Source: a virus. Taken from it: a DNA stretch of 64,000 bases. The stretch is from positions 1 to 64,000 of IMG/VR virus record IMGVR_UViG_3300025289_000025. One strand, 5' to 3'. The notes beneath the pieces were generated by a model. The model did not search any database and was not told the DNA's origin. It saw only the letters and a program-made list of their open reading frames with translations. The first letter of the stretch is position 1. Each line of letters begins with the position of its first letter. The translations under genes were made by a program, and so were the position numbers. Of this stretch, positions 10,801-18,526 are shown piece after piece.

Positions 10801-11012
10801 AATTGGGAAATAAAATAAATGATGATTATTGGGTAAATACGGAGGATGTTTTTTATAATACCACTGAAAATAATATAAATATTCTTCAGGGTTGGGCTAA
10901 TAAAGTAAATTCAAGTGGGAAGAAAATCCCTGCTGATTCTACTAAACATTTTTGGAACAACATATTATTTGGTAGTATTGCAGAACCTATACCACCTAGT
11001 ATAGATATTTAA
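7836..11012 (+). CDS. Fusion: Zn ribbons + GT-A-like + GT9 (heptosyltransferase-like) + B12-binding radical SAM
   Basis: N-terminal CxxC pairs; YGYFNSDVIL; QPGRIGDIIIVLP...VDSCIAHL; YPLGIGYL, LGGVHPT, GEGE; TSRGCPAKCGYC; FHDDSF, GVESGS, MVGYPGE. Confidence 0.85.
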   Translation: MPDFTIICSKCKKTKTFKHPTRATLTCQSCGNKSGFVSHPEDFEYNALILRCQKCDESFLVKFGLDSLLRCPSSKCGGFLLDSIEFVSISTIQDQMENKKSNVVMDNFPKNSSFLKRNKIIYKTSDEGMRIAIPYYYGGSRIQRAIESWIYPETVFVLTDLGIIPPGNGICSQIFTEKNSKTEGLNNRTQPYLIDILSRLIKLFPYEKYYGYFNSDVILPPGSIIKSLIPSEGKKISFHHRMDHKGSAQDSIYKLEKKNQVFCGKDGFIGEAQVIRDIVANVKDMVLGGASWDDGLAVWCFQKYGRDKVDLRYGEIYHVLHPQVWNADDKESTFNRKQLQSMGISDTKRQSFNWFKQSEGSIEDSLEEKHKSLGLIQPGRIGDIIIVLPIAKWFHDLGYRVIWPVVSEYINLFDYVNYVDVVDLGSGLGGSYKKSKEVLKNKGVSQILDLGIGFGKDESEWVNSGMSFDEWKYKEACVPFEERFNLVINRNFQKELDLEKSLCILGEFVLTHSVGSKGRINFGKINSIEIMAKTGFTVFDWIRVVEKAKEVYCVDSCIAHLVNQLGLAVGRRTFSPLKDYHGRSLAMAVPKINWEGERVSTVIRKSPIVPDKSSGLLLASLPGLHTGNWPLYPLGIGYLHSSLSRDRDVRSIHFQKQSHMESIFPKLIKKLLPDIVGFTCTTFNRGNVRRGIKTVRSISPKTKIILGGVHPTFLPHQMIENYGADYVVMGEGENTLRDLCHIIDNGKLPSDLRGVAYKNESGNIFVNDPVSPIDNLDCLPHPDFSYAEQMIKNSGMGSIITSRGCPAKCGYCSTSHYWGQKVRAHSVDWVLNEIERQIELYGINKLLFHDDSFNLSPSRVQEICKGMIERKFDLVWAAQGRVHPVSREMLDIMVEAGCRHICWGVESGSKTMLQSMSKKISLEQIKRTYELCSKYEGVLTTGAFTMVGYPGESSQTIKETCEFLNTVPMTDSPSTAILYVLPGTEVYKQLGNKINDDYWVNTEDVFYNTTENNINILQGWANKVNSSGKKIPADSTKHFWNNILFGSIAEPIPPSIDI

Positions 11013-11022
11013 AGGAGATAAA

Positions 11023-11892
11023 TTGACTATTCATTTTTTTACCATAGTATTAAATGGAATGCCCTTTATAAAGTACCATATAAAGGTTCTGAAAAATCTC
11101 CCCTTCGATTGGCATTGGCATATTATAGAAGGAATTGCGGATTTAAAATACGATACTTCTTGGTCTTTAAAAACGGGGGGTATGATTACGGAAAAACTTC
11201 ATAGGAATGGATTAAGTAATGATGGAACAACCGAATATATAGATACTCTGAAAAAGGATTTTCCTAATAATATTTCTGTATATAGAAAAGATTTGGGTAA
11301 TTTTTGGGATGGAAAAGTAGAAATGGTAAATGCTCCTATTCCTTATCTCCCTGATCAGTGCCTTCTTTGGCAAATAGATGTAGATGAGCTTTGGGATTTA
11401 GATGGAATTTCTAAAATGGTGGATATGTTTAAAAATAATCCAAATAAAATGTCAGCTTTTGTATATTGCCATTATTTTGTAGGACCCACTAAATTTGTGG
11501 TTTCTATGAATACTTGGGCCACTTTACCGGAAGATTGGTTGAGAATATTTAGGTTTAATAAAGGAATGTATTGGAGCAAGCATGAACCGCCCACATTGGT
11601 AGATAAAGATGGTATTGATTGCGGAAGAAAAAGTTTTATAAGTAGGGATGATACTCTAGTAAAGGGAATAACTTTTCAACACTTTGCCTATGTAATTCCC
11701 CAACAAGTTTTATTCAAGGAAATATATTATGGATATAGGGATGCTTGTAGTTATTGGAGAAATTTGCAAAAAAGTAGGGGTGCGAGGATAGATGTCAGTA
11801 TGTATCTTCCTTGGGCAAATAACGCCATTATAGAAAATTGGGATGAAAAGAAACGTGGGAAGTTATTATATCCGGGAGAGTGCATAGAATGA
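11023..11892 (+). CDS. GT-A fold (GT2-like) glycosyltransferase
   Basis: HFFTIVLNG, IIEG, SNDGTTEYI, WQIDVDELW (DxD), FQHFAY. Confidence 0.75.
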   Translation: MTIHFFTIVLNGMPFIKYHIKVLKNLPFDWHWHIIEGIADLKYDTSWSLKTGGMITEKLHRNGLSNDGTTEYIDTLKKDFPNNISVYRKDLGNFWDGKVEMVNAPIPYLPDQCLLWQIDVDELWDLDGISKMVDMFKNNPNKMSAFVYCHYFVGPTKFVVSMNTWATLPEDWLRIFRFNKGMYWSKHEPPTLVDKDGIDCGRKSFISRDDTLVKGITFQHFAYVIPQQVLFKEIYYGYRDACSYWRNLQKSRGARIDVSMYLPWANNAIIENWDEKKRGKLLYPGECIE

Positions 11893-12689
11893 ATAATATA
11901 GACATTTTGCAGAAGGATTGGCATATAAAATGGTACCGGGATATATTAGAAGGTGGACCAGAAAAGTGGGATGGTTTTGTCAACCCTGATAGTATTTGGA
12001 GTTGGATGCATACTTATTGTATAGATCATATTAAAGAATTTTTTCAAAATATTCCCCCATCTACCATTATTACTTTGGGGGACGGATATTGTGGTAGAGA
12101 AGCAATTCATATAAAAAGAATAAATTCTAATCACAAAGTCCACGCTTCGGATTGGCAACCGTGTTTGATAGAAGTATCCCATAAATTGGGACTAGTAGAT
12201 GAATTTTCTAATCAAGATATAGGAAATTTAACTTTTGAAGACGATTCATTTGATTTTGTTTTTATAAAAGAATCCCTTCACCATATGTCCATGCCGTATA
12301 AAGGATTGTATGAAATGTTTAGGGTGGCAAAAAGGGGGGTTATTTTAATAGAACCTAGTGGGGATAATGATCCAAAATATCATTTTAATAAATATGAAAT
12401 CGTAGGTAACTATGTATTTGGTTTTTCTTCACATGAGTTAATTAAAATCGGGTTATCATACGGAATTAAAAACTTTGTTTGGACTTATTCCTCCGTTCAT
12501 TTTGGACGACATGATATTGATAATATTAATTTAGGAAAAATAGATGAAGAGAAAAAACGATTAATAGAATTAGATGATAAAATTCCTATAAAAGATAAGC
12601 CATTGATGATATTTTTCTTTTTGAAAGATAAAGAATTATTAAATCATTTTACTGATAAGGATAAATTTAGTAAATTCGAATTTATATAA
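11880..12689 (+). CDS. Class I SAM-dependent methyltransferase
   Basis: ITLGDGYCG, LTFEDDSFDFVF, ESLHH, EMFRVAKRGVILIEP. Confidence 0.85.
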   Translation: MHRMNNIDILQKDWHIKWYRDILEGGPEKWDGFVNPDSIWSWMHTYCIDHIKEFFQNIPPSTIITLGDGYCGREAIHIKRINSNHKVHASDWQPCLIEVSHKLGLVDEFSNQDIGNLTFEDDSFDFVFIKESLHHMSMPYKGLYEMFRVAKRGVILIEPSGDNDPKYHFNKYEIVGNYVFGFSSHELIKIGLSYGIKNFVWTYSSVHFGRHDIDNINLGKIDEEKKRLIELDDKIPIKDKPLMIFFFLKDKELLNHFTDKDKFSKFEFI

Positions 12690-12712
12690 ATATGGGGAAG
12701 GTGTTTAGTAAA

Positions 12713-12817
12713 ATGCATATAAAAAAGGCTTTGGGCAGATGCCATTCCGAAGAGACCAAACAAAAAATGAGATTAGCTAGATTGAAATATTATTCGTTTA
12801 AAGGAGAGAATAAATGA
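12713..12817 (+). pseudogene. NUMOD3 homing-endonuclease remnant (34 aa)
   Basis: MHIKKALGRCHSEETKQKMRLARL...; no catalytic domain. Confidence 0.55.
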
Positions 12818-13383
12818 TTCCTCATTATTCAGATTTTAAAGATAGGATCGAATCTGTGGAGGGTCTTCTTCTTCCTGGAGAAGACGAGTTTTTATTTAAT
12901 ATGGCGGCCCAAATGCCAGAGGATGGCGCTATAGTCGAAATGGGGAGTTATTTGGGGAAATCTTCGGTGTCTTTAGGATTTCCCTGTTTAGGAACTAAAA
13001 GAAAATTATATTGTATTGATCTTTGGGGGACAGAATCTTGGTTTACTAGTTGGAAAGAAACTATAAATAAATTTGGACTTTCTGAAAATGTAATTCCGTT
13101 GAGAGGATTTGCTGGAGATGTTTTACGAAATTGGGAAAAGTTGACTGGAGGAGTAAAAATAGATATGGTATTTAATGATACTTCTCATTGTCTTCCTAGT
13201 ATTTTGAACGAATTTATTTTGGTTTATCCTTGGGTAAAGAACGAAGGTATAGTGGCTTTTCATGATTATACTCAGGCATCTTACCCCGACGTAGCTAAAA
13301 CTTGGGATGTAGTGAAAACAATGTTATTGAATCATAAAGCCATGGTATCTATCGTATTGGGAAGAAAGGTGGAAATCAAGTGA
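12814..13383 (+). CDS. Class I methyltransferase (Methyltransf_24-like)
   Basis: IVEMGSYLGKS, LYCIDLW, IDMVFNDTSH, GIVAFHDY. Confidence 0.85.
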   Translation: MIPHYSDFKDRIESVEGLLLPGEDEFLFNMAAQMPEDGAIVEMGSYLGKSSVSLGFPCLGTKRKLYCIDLWGTESWFTSWKETINKFGLSENVIPLRGFAGDVLRNWEKLTGGVKIDMVFNDTSHCLPSILNEFILVYPWVKNEGIVAFHDYTQASYPDVAKTWDVVKTMLLNHKAMVSIVLGRKVEIK

Positions 13384-14063
13384 ATTTAATGATGGTAGAT
13401 TCCCTCTCCGTTTTTGGTAAAATCTTGAGAGAGATTATTAAAGAAACTAAGCCAAGGAAGATTATTGAAACAGGGACTTATTTGGGAGAGGGGACTACCA
13501 CAGTAATAGCATCTGCTGTAAGAGATTTTAATATTGATTTAGAAAAATTTTATTCTATAGAAGTTAACCCCCAATATTTTAGGTCTGCATATATTCATCT
13601 TAGAAATTTAGGGCTTTTGGAATTTGTAACTCTGGAGAATGGTTTATCTATTTATAGAAAACAGCTGCCAAATAGAGATAAAATAAGGGAGATGTTTTTA
13701 GATACTATTTGGCCTGACTATGTGTATATAGATCATAATAAAGATATTAGGGTAAATAAATATTTTGAAGAAACTAATTTTGGTGATGTTCCTGAGGGGT
13801 TGTTAATAACGTGTTTAGAAAAGTTGGAACAAACCCCTGATTTAGTATTGTTGGATAGTGGTGGTCACGTGGGGGAGCTAGAGTTTGATACTTTGATTCC
13901 TATGTTGAAGGGGCCTTGTATTATAGCACTTGACGATATTTATCATGTAAAGCATTATAATTCTCTTGTAAAAATAAAGGAAGATAAGCGATTCAAAATA
14001 ATGGAATTATCTAAAGAGAAGTTCGGATTTTGCATCACTAAGTTCATTCCGGAGGGAAATTGA
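13380..14063 (+). CDS. Methyltransferase-fold protein
   Basis: IIETGTYLGEGTT, FYSIE, LVLLDSGG, IALDD. Confidence 0.7.
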   Translation: MNLMMVDSLSVFGKILREIIKETKPRKIIETGTYLGEGTTTVIASAVRDFNIDLEKFYSIEVNPQYFRSAYIHLRNLGLLEFVTLENGLSIYRKQLPNRDKIREMFLDTIWPDYVYIDHNKDIRVNKYFEETNFGDVPEGLLITCLEKLEQTPDLVLLDSGGHVGELEFDTLIPMLKGPCIIALDDIYHVKHYNSLVKIKEDKRFKIMELSKEKFGFCITKFIPEGN

Positions 14064-14729
14064 GAAAATTAATTCCCCTCAAGTATAGTATTATTTACAA
14101 AACGACTAATAATATAAATGGTAAAATTTATATTGGTAGAAGTGGGAAAAGAGATTCTAAATATTTGGGATCTGGTAAATTTTTCCTTCGTTCTTTAAAA
14201 AAAATATGGCAAACAAAATTTTAAAAGGGTAGTGATAGATAAATCCGATAATAAAAATGAACTTTGCTTAAAAGAAATATTTTGGATTAAATTCTATGAT
14301 GCTAGAAATCCAAATGTTGGGTATAATATTGGTCTTGGGGGGGAAGGTACGGGGTCGGGGGAAGATCATCCTTTTTACAGGTTGTTTGGGGAAAAACACC
14401 ATCGTTATGGTAAACGGTATTGCCATAGTGAAGAGACTATACGTAAAATGAGTTTAGACCGTCGGGGGGAAAATAATAATAATTACGGTAAAATTACCCC
14501 CGAAGAGACTAAACAAAAAATAAGAAAATCATTGGTAGGAAAAAAACTTTCTGACGAACATAAACGAAAGATAAGGGAGTCGGCATCTGGGGAAAATTAT
14601 GGTATGCGAGGAAAGCATCATAGTGAAGAGACCAAGCAAAAAATGAGAAAACCAAAATCAGAAGAATCTAAAAGAAAAATGAAGGAAGCTTGGGTAAAAA
14701 GAAAAGAAAAGAAAGGATTGGTAGAATGA
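14060..14729 (+). pseudogene. GIY-YIG homing endonuclease with NUMOD3 repeats, frameshifted in an A8 run (14197-14204)
   Basis: From TTG 14060: IIYKTTNNINGKIYIG...YLGSG; deleting one A gives LKKYGKQNFKRVVID, joining ORF 14232-14729 (GYN, HSEETKQKM repeats). Confidence 0.8.
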
Positions 14730-15733
14730 ATATTTTAAAACTTTTTTGGGGAACTGTTACCAACGATCAAAATATCGGGAATTTATTCGGCTATCGCGTT
14801 CATAATGAAATGTTAAAAAAATATATTAAAATGAGGGACGATGTTATATTGGTGGGTTCTGTAGAGGAAGCAGAGGCTTGTTTATATATTTCTACACCAG
14901 AGATATTCGATCATCGACCAAATAAACCGACTTTTCTTTTTACGATGTTCGAGGCCCTATCGTTGCATCCGTTGTATGCCGAGAAAATACAAAAGGCAGA
15001 TTTTATACTAGTGCCCAGTACTTTTGTGAAGGGTGTTTTTTCCCCCCATTTTCCAGAAAATAAAATTTGGGTAGTTCCCCATGGGGTAGAAGAAGATTTC
15101 AGATTTGTTCTTAGAAAAAAGAATCCAAAAAAGTTTCGGTATTTATGGATAGGTGCACCGAATCCAAGGAAAGGCTATCAAGAACTTATCTATGTTTGGG
15201 GGAAATTAGGTCTTTCTAATAATCCAGAAATAGAGTTATATATTAAGACAACGCGTGTCCCTAATGTCACAATACAGAGAAAGGGAAACGTGATTTTAGA
15301 CAGTAGAATCGCCACTAGAGAGGAAATGATCAAAATTTATCAAGATGCTCATTGTTTTGTTTGGCCTACTCGGGGTGAGGGGTGGGGCCTTCCTTTGGCA
15401 GAGGCCATGGCTACTGGGTTGCCTTGTATAGCAACTGGTTTTAGCGGAGTGCTGGACTTTTTCGATTCAAAAGTAGGCTACCCCTTAAAATATAGTTTGG
15501 GTTTGATGGATATGACTTCCCCTATTTTTGGAAATATGGGTAAGGTAGAAGCGGCCTTACCCGATGTTAAAGATTTAATAGAAAATATGATTTATGTTAA
15601 AAATAATTATAAGCATGCCTTGCAAAAAGGCAGATTAGCAAGCGCGAGGATAAAGGCAAGATTCACTTGGGAAAACTCCGCTGAAAATCTAGTTAATGCT
15701 ATTAGAGAAGGATTATCAATAAGAGGTAATTAA
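14726..15733 (+). CDS. GT4 (GT-B) glycosyltransferase
   Basis: LVPS, VVPHGV, RKG, FVWPTRGEGWGLPLAEAMATGLPCI, FTW; likely start ATG 14726 overlapping upstream TGA. Confidence 0.92.
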   Translation: MNILKLFWGTVTNDQNIGNLFGYRVHNEMLKKYIKMRDDVILVGSVEEAEACLYISTPEIFDHRPNKPTFLFTMFEALSLHPLYAEKIQKADFILVPSTFVKGVFSPHFPENKIWVVPHGVEEDFRFVLRKKNPKKFRYLWIGAPNPRKGYQELIYVWGKLGLSNNPEIELYIKTTRVPNVTIQRKGNVILDSRIATREEMIKIYQDAHCFVWPTRGEGWGLPLAEAMATGLPCIATGFSGVLDFFDSKVGYPLKYSLGLMDMTSPIFGNMGKVEAALPDVKDLIENMIYVKNNYKHALQKGRLASARIKARFTWENSAENLVNAIREGLSIRGN

Positions 15734-15734
15734 T

Positions 15735-16307
15735 ATGGCCTATTGCACGAAAGCAGAAGTAAAGTTATATTTAGATATTAGGGAAACTGAGGTTGAAAAG
15801 GATGCTTTGATAGAAGCTTTGATTATTTCTTCCCAGGCTTTTATTGATGAGTATTGTAATAGAGTTTTTGAGCAAGCAGCGGTAACTGAATACCACGATG
15901 GAGGATCTAACCGGATATTTCTTGATAGATACCCTATAGCATCTTCCCCTGCTGTTCAGATTTGGGATAGTTGGGATAGGGCTTACGCAAGCACCGATTT
16001 AATTGATACGGATGATTACTTTGTCGATTCTGAGAATGGTATTATCAAATTTGACTATGACGTTGGTGGATCTCCCGGAGCGGTGAAGATTGTATATACA
16101 GGGGGATTTACTGTTATTCCGACTCCTATTTCTCAAGCTTGTATTGAGTTGGTTGCTAGGAAGATCAAGGAGGGGCCTAGTGGAGGATTGGGGGTTCCCA
16201 GTAGGGCACTCCCCGGTGGCGGAAATGTAACATATGTGATTGATGCTCTCTTTCCCCAAACCAAGGTTGCTTTGGATGCTTATCGAAAGATGGGGAGTTT
16301 GGGATGA
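15735..16307 (+). CDS. Head-tail adaptor (gp6/gp15-like)
   Basis: MAYCTKAEVKLYL, FIDEYCNRVF, VYTGGF..IP..I.QAC, LDAYR. Confidence 0.85.
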   Translation: MAYCTKAEVKLYLDIRETEVEKDALIEALIISSQAFIDEYCNRVFEQAAVTEYHDGGSNRIFLDRYPIASSPAVQIWDSWDRAYASTDLIDTDDYFVDSENGIIKFDYDVGGSPGAVKIVYTGGFTVIPTPISQACIELVARKIKEGPSGGLGVPSRALPGGGNVTYVIDALFPQTKVALDAYRKMGSLG

Positions 16308-16816
16308 CTTCTTTTGAATTAAAATGGGAGCCTTCTTTAAGTGGGAGTATTTCTAAACTTCCCCCACTTATTCAATCTAATGTACTTCGTGCTCTTCATG
16401 ATGGGGCTTTGTTAATGGAATCTGTTTCCCAAATGAAATATCTGTCTGGCCCTAGACCAGATATATTGGCAGTAAAAACGGGGTTACTGAGAAAAAGAGT
16501 TTTGGGGATCATGTCCGGTACTGGGGGAGACCCAACTGTATTTGGTTCTATTACTCTTGGCGTATCTGGTATAAAGTATGCGGCTATTCATGAATTAGGG
16601 GGAACTATTCACCATCCAGGATCGCAAGCTAGGAATTTTCCTTATATGGTTTTCTTTTGGAAGAAGCGGGGGTTTTGGGCTAGATTTAGGAAAACAGGCC
16701 CCCACGATATACCAATTCCGCAGAGAGCTTATTTACAACCGGCTTTTGAGGCATCCCTTCCTCGTGTAAAATTGTTAATTCAGGCCGCAGTTGACAGAGC
16801 CTATAGGGATTCATAA
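16304..16816 (+). CDS. Neck/tail completion protein (HK97 gp10 / Mu gpG-like)
   Basis: VKTGLLR, KYAAIHELGG, IPQRAYLQPA. Confidence 0.8.
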   Translation: MTSFELKWEPSLSGSISKLPPLIQSNVLRALHDGALLMESVSQMKYLSGPRPDILAVKTGLLRKRVLGIMSGTGGDPTVFGSITLGVSGIKYAAIHELGGTIHHPGSQARNFPYMVFFWKKRGFWARFRKTGPHDIPIPQRAYLQPAFEASLPRVKLLIQAAVDRAYRDS

Positions 16817-16877
16817 TGTCAAAAAGAAACCAACTACCCCGTATTAAACAACGGAGTTTGTAACTAGGAGAAATATG

Positions 16878-17963
16878 TTAAACAACCACACATCCACCCG
16901 TTACCATCGGCACGTTGACAAGTGCCCTGGCTCTAATATTTTGAGCCGCGATTGTATCTGCTGGCCCAGCGAGGCCGCATTTAACGCAAACAAAATCGTC
17001 CCTTGTCTTCCTATTCGCTTTGTCGATATGTCCACAAACAGGGCACTCCCGAGAAGTATTTCGGGGATCGACAAGATACAAGGGGATTCCCGAGAGAACT
17101 GCTTTGTAAGTAATGAAAGCCCTCAGTTGAGAGAACCCCCAATTAGACAATCGCGCTCGCTGGTGCCTTCTGGCCGTTGCCCGCTTTCGGATACCGCTAA
17201 GATCCTCTATGGCGATAGCCGATTCGGTGCGTTTGGCATCTGCAACGATTGCCTTCGAAATGCAATGATTCACGTCTTTTTGAAATCTAGCTTGTTGCCC
17301 GGAAATCTTCTTGAGTTTTCTTTTCGCAGAAGAGGTTTGCTTCTTTTGAAGATTGCACCTCCTATGTTCAAATTTACACCGATTTATATTAATTTCCCCC
17401 CCGCTATAAGTCTTCCCTTGAGAATCTACTGCGATATTGACTATACCAAGATCTACTCCAAGAACATCAGTGGTCTTGATCAACTCAGGATCATCAATAT
17501 TACAAACGACGGCGAGATAGAACTTTCCATTAATTCTTATCAAGTCAATTTCGCCCTTTCGGAAGGGAAACAAACTTCTTTGACGCTCCCCCATAACAAA
17601 GGGAATCTTTTGTCGGCCCCCCAAAACCCAAATAGAAACAACGTCATTTTTGGTAAATCGAATAATAGCAGAATCGTAGGGTTGTGCAGAGTCTTTTCGA
17701 AATTTTCGTTGAATCTTTCGTCCCAATTTGTAGGCATCTGCAACTTTAGCGATGGAGCGAATAACCATCTCCGAAGTGATAGGAAAACATTTCCTTGTAT
17801 CATAATACGCAAGTTTGTGAATATTGTATTGGCCAAAAATCTTTGCTTCCCAAGCTCTCTCAGAGAGATAATTGCAGGCATCGTTAGCCATCTCAAGAGT
17901 AGCCTTCAAGAGAGACAATTGCTCTTCTGTAGGCTTCAATTTCAGATTTACAACCAGCTTCAT
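16878..17963 (-). CDS. tnpB: TnpB RNA-guided endonuclease
   Basis: RuvC residues GVDLG / IEDL / ADTIAAQNI and Zn finger CPVC...CVKC all intact. Confidence 0.95.
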   Translation of the reverse strand: MKLVVNLKLKPTEEQLSLLKATLEMANDACNYLSERAWEAKIFGQYNIHKLAYYDTRKCFPITSEMVIRSIAKVADAYKLGRKIQRKFRKDSAQPYDSAIIRFTKNDVVSIWVLGGRQKIPFVMGERQRSLFPFRKGEIDLIRINGKFYLAVVCNIDDPELIKTTDVLGVDLGIVNIAVDSQGKTYSGGEININRCKFEHRRCNLQKKQTSSAKRKLKKISGQQARFQKDVNHCISKAIVADAKRTESAIAIEDLSGIRKRATARRHQRARLSNWGFSQLRAFITYKAVLSGIPLYLVDPRNTSRECPVCGHIDKANRKTRDDFVCVKCGLAGPADTIAAQNIRARALVNVPMVTGGCVVV

Positions 17964-17970
17964 ATATTCA

Positions 17971-17999
17971 AGTATAGAAGTTTTTGTACAATTAGTCTA
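17971..17999 (-). promoter_or_regulatory. Sigma70-type promoter for near-leaderless tnpB
   Basis: TAGACT-N17-TATACT, 7 nt upstream of the ATG. Confidence 0.6.
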
Positions 18000-18062
18000 C
18001 TATTAAATTGGCGCTCTTCCTCGGCTTGAGTATTTGGGGATATTTGTACTAAGGAAGGTGTT

Positions 18063-18503
18063 ATGAGCACTAGAAACGACATATTGGAAGGGTTGAAGGA
18101 TTGTTTGAAAAATATTTCTACGGAGAGGAATTTCAAAACATCTCCTAGAGATGTAGTTAGAAAATTTGTTTTCTTTGATCAAGTCCATACTTTCCCATAT
18201 CTGATGGTGTTAGGGGGAGATGAGCCTTTTGAAGACGAATTGGGAAATAAAACATTAAGTCGTATGCGAGCGAGGGTGGTGGGGTACGCCAAGAGCGCGG
18301 AGAAGCCCGAGGAAGCTCAATGTAATCTGATCGAAGATGTTCTGATTTGTTTAGATAGCGACGAATACAATTTTCAAAAGAAATATATGCGAATTTTAGG
18401 GATCGAAACGGATGAGGGGGTATTGCATATAGCGGGGGATGGTATCTCAATGTTCATTGCAAATCTAGAATTGGTCTTTGTATGGGAGAGGGCGAATCCA
18501 TAA
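18063..18503 (+). CDS. Tail terminator-like protein
   Basis: Position in the neck-tail block; MSTRNDIL...FPYLMV pattern and size. Confidence 0.7.
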   Translation: MSTRNDILEGLKDCLKNISTERNFKTSPRDVVRKFVFFDQVHTFPYLMVLGGDEPFEDELGNKTLSRMRARVVGYAKSAEKPEEAQCNLIEDVLICLDSDEYNFQKKYMRILGIETDEGVLHIAGDGISMFIANLELVFVWERANP

Positions 18504-18526
18504 CATAAAACGGAGGAGGGAAACTT

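Larger units (their letters stand above)
16829..18045 (-). mobile_element. TnpB-only IS200/IS605-family element (IS1341-like); ends approximate
   Basis: Right-end hairpin CTCCGT-TGTTTAAT-ACGGGG-TAGTTG downstream of tnpB; degenerate left-end hairpin near 18015-18040; no tnpA. Confidence 0.75.

Noticed and set aside
16875-18029. 384-aa + strand ORF
   Set aside because: Antisense shadow of tnpB with no recognisable motifs; such shadows are common on IS200/IS605 genes
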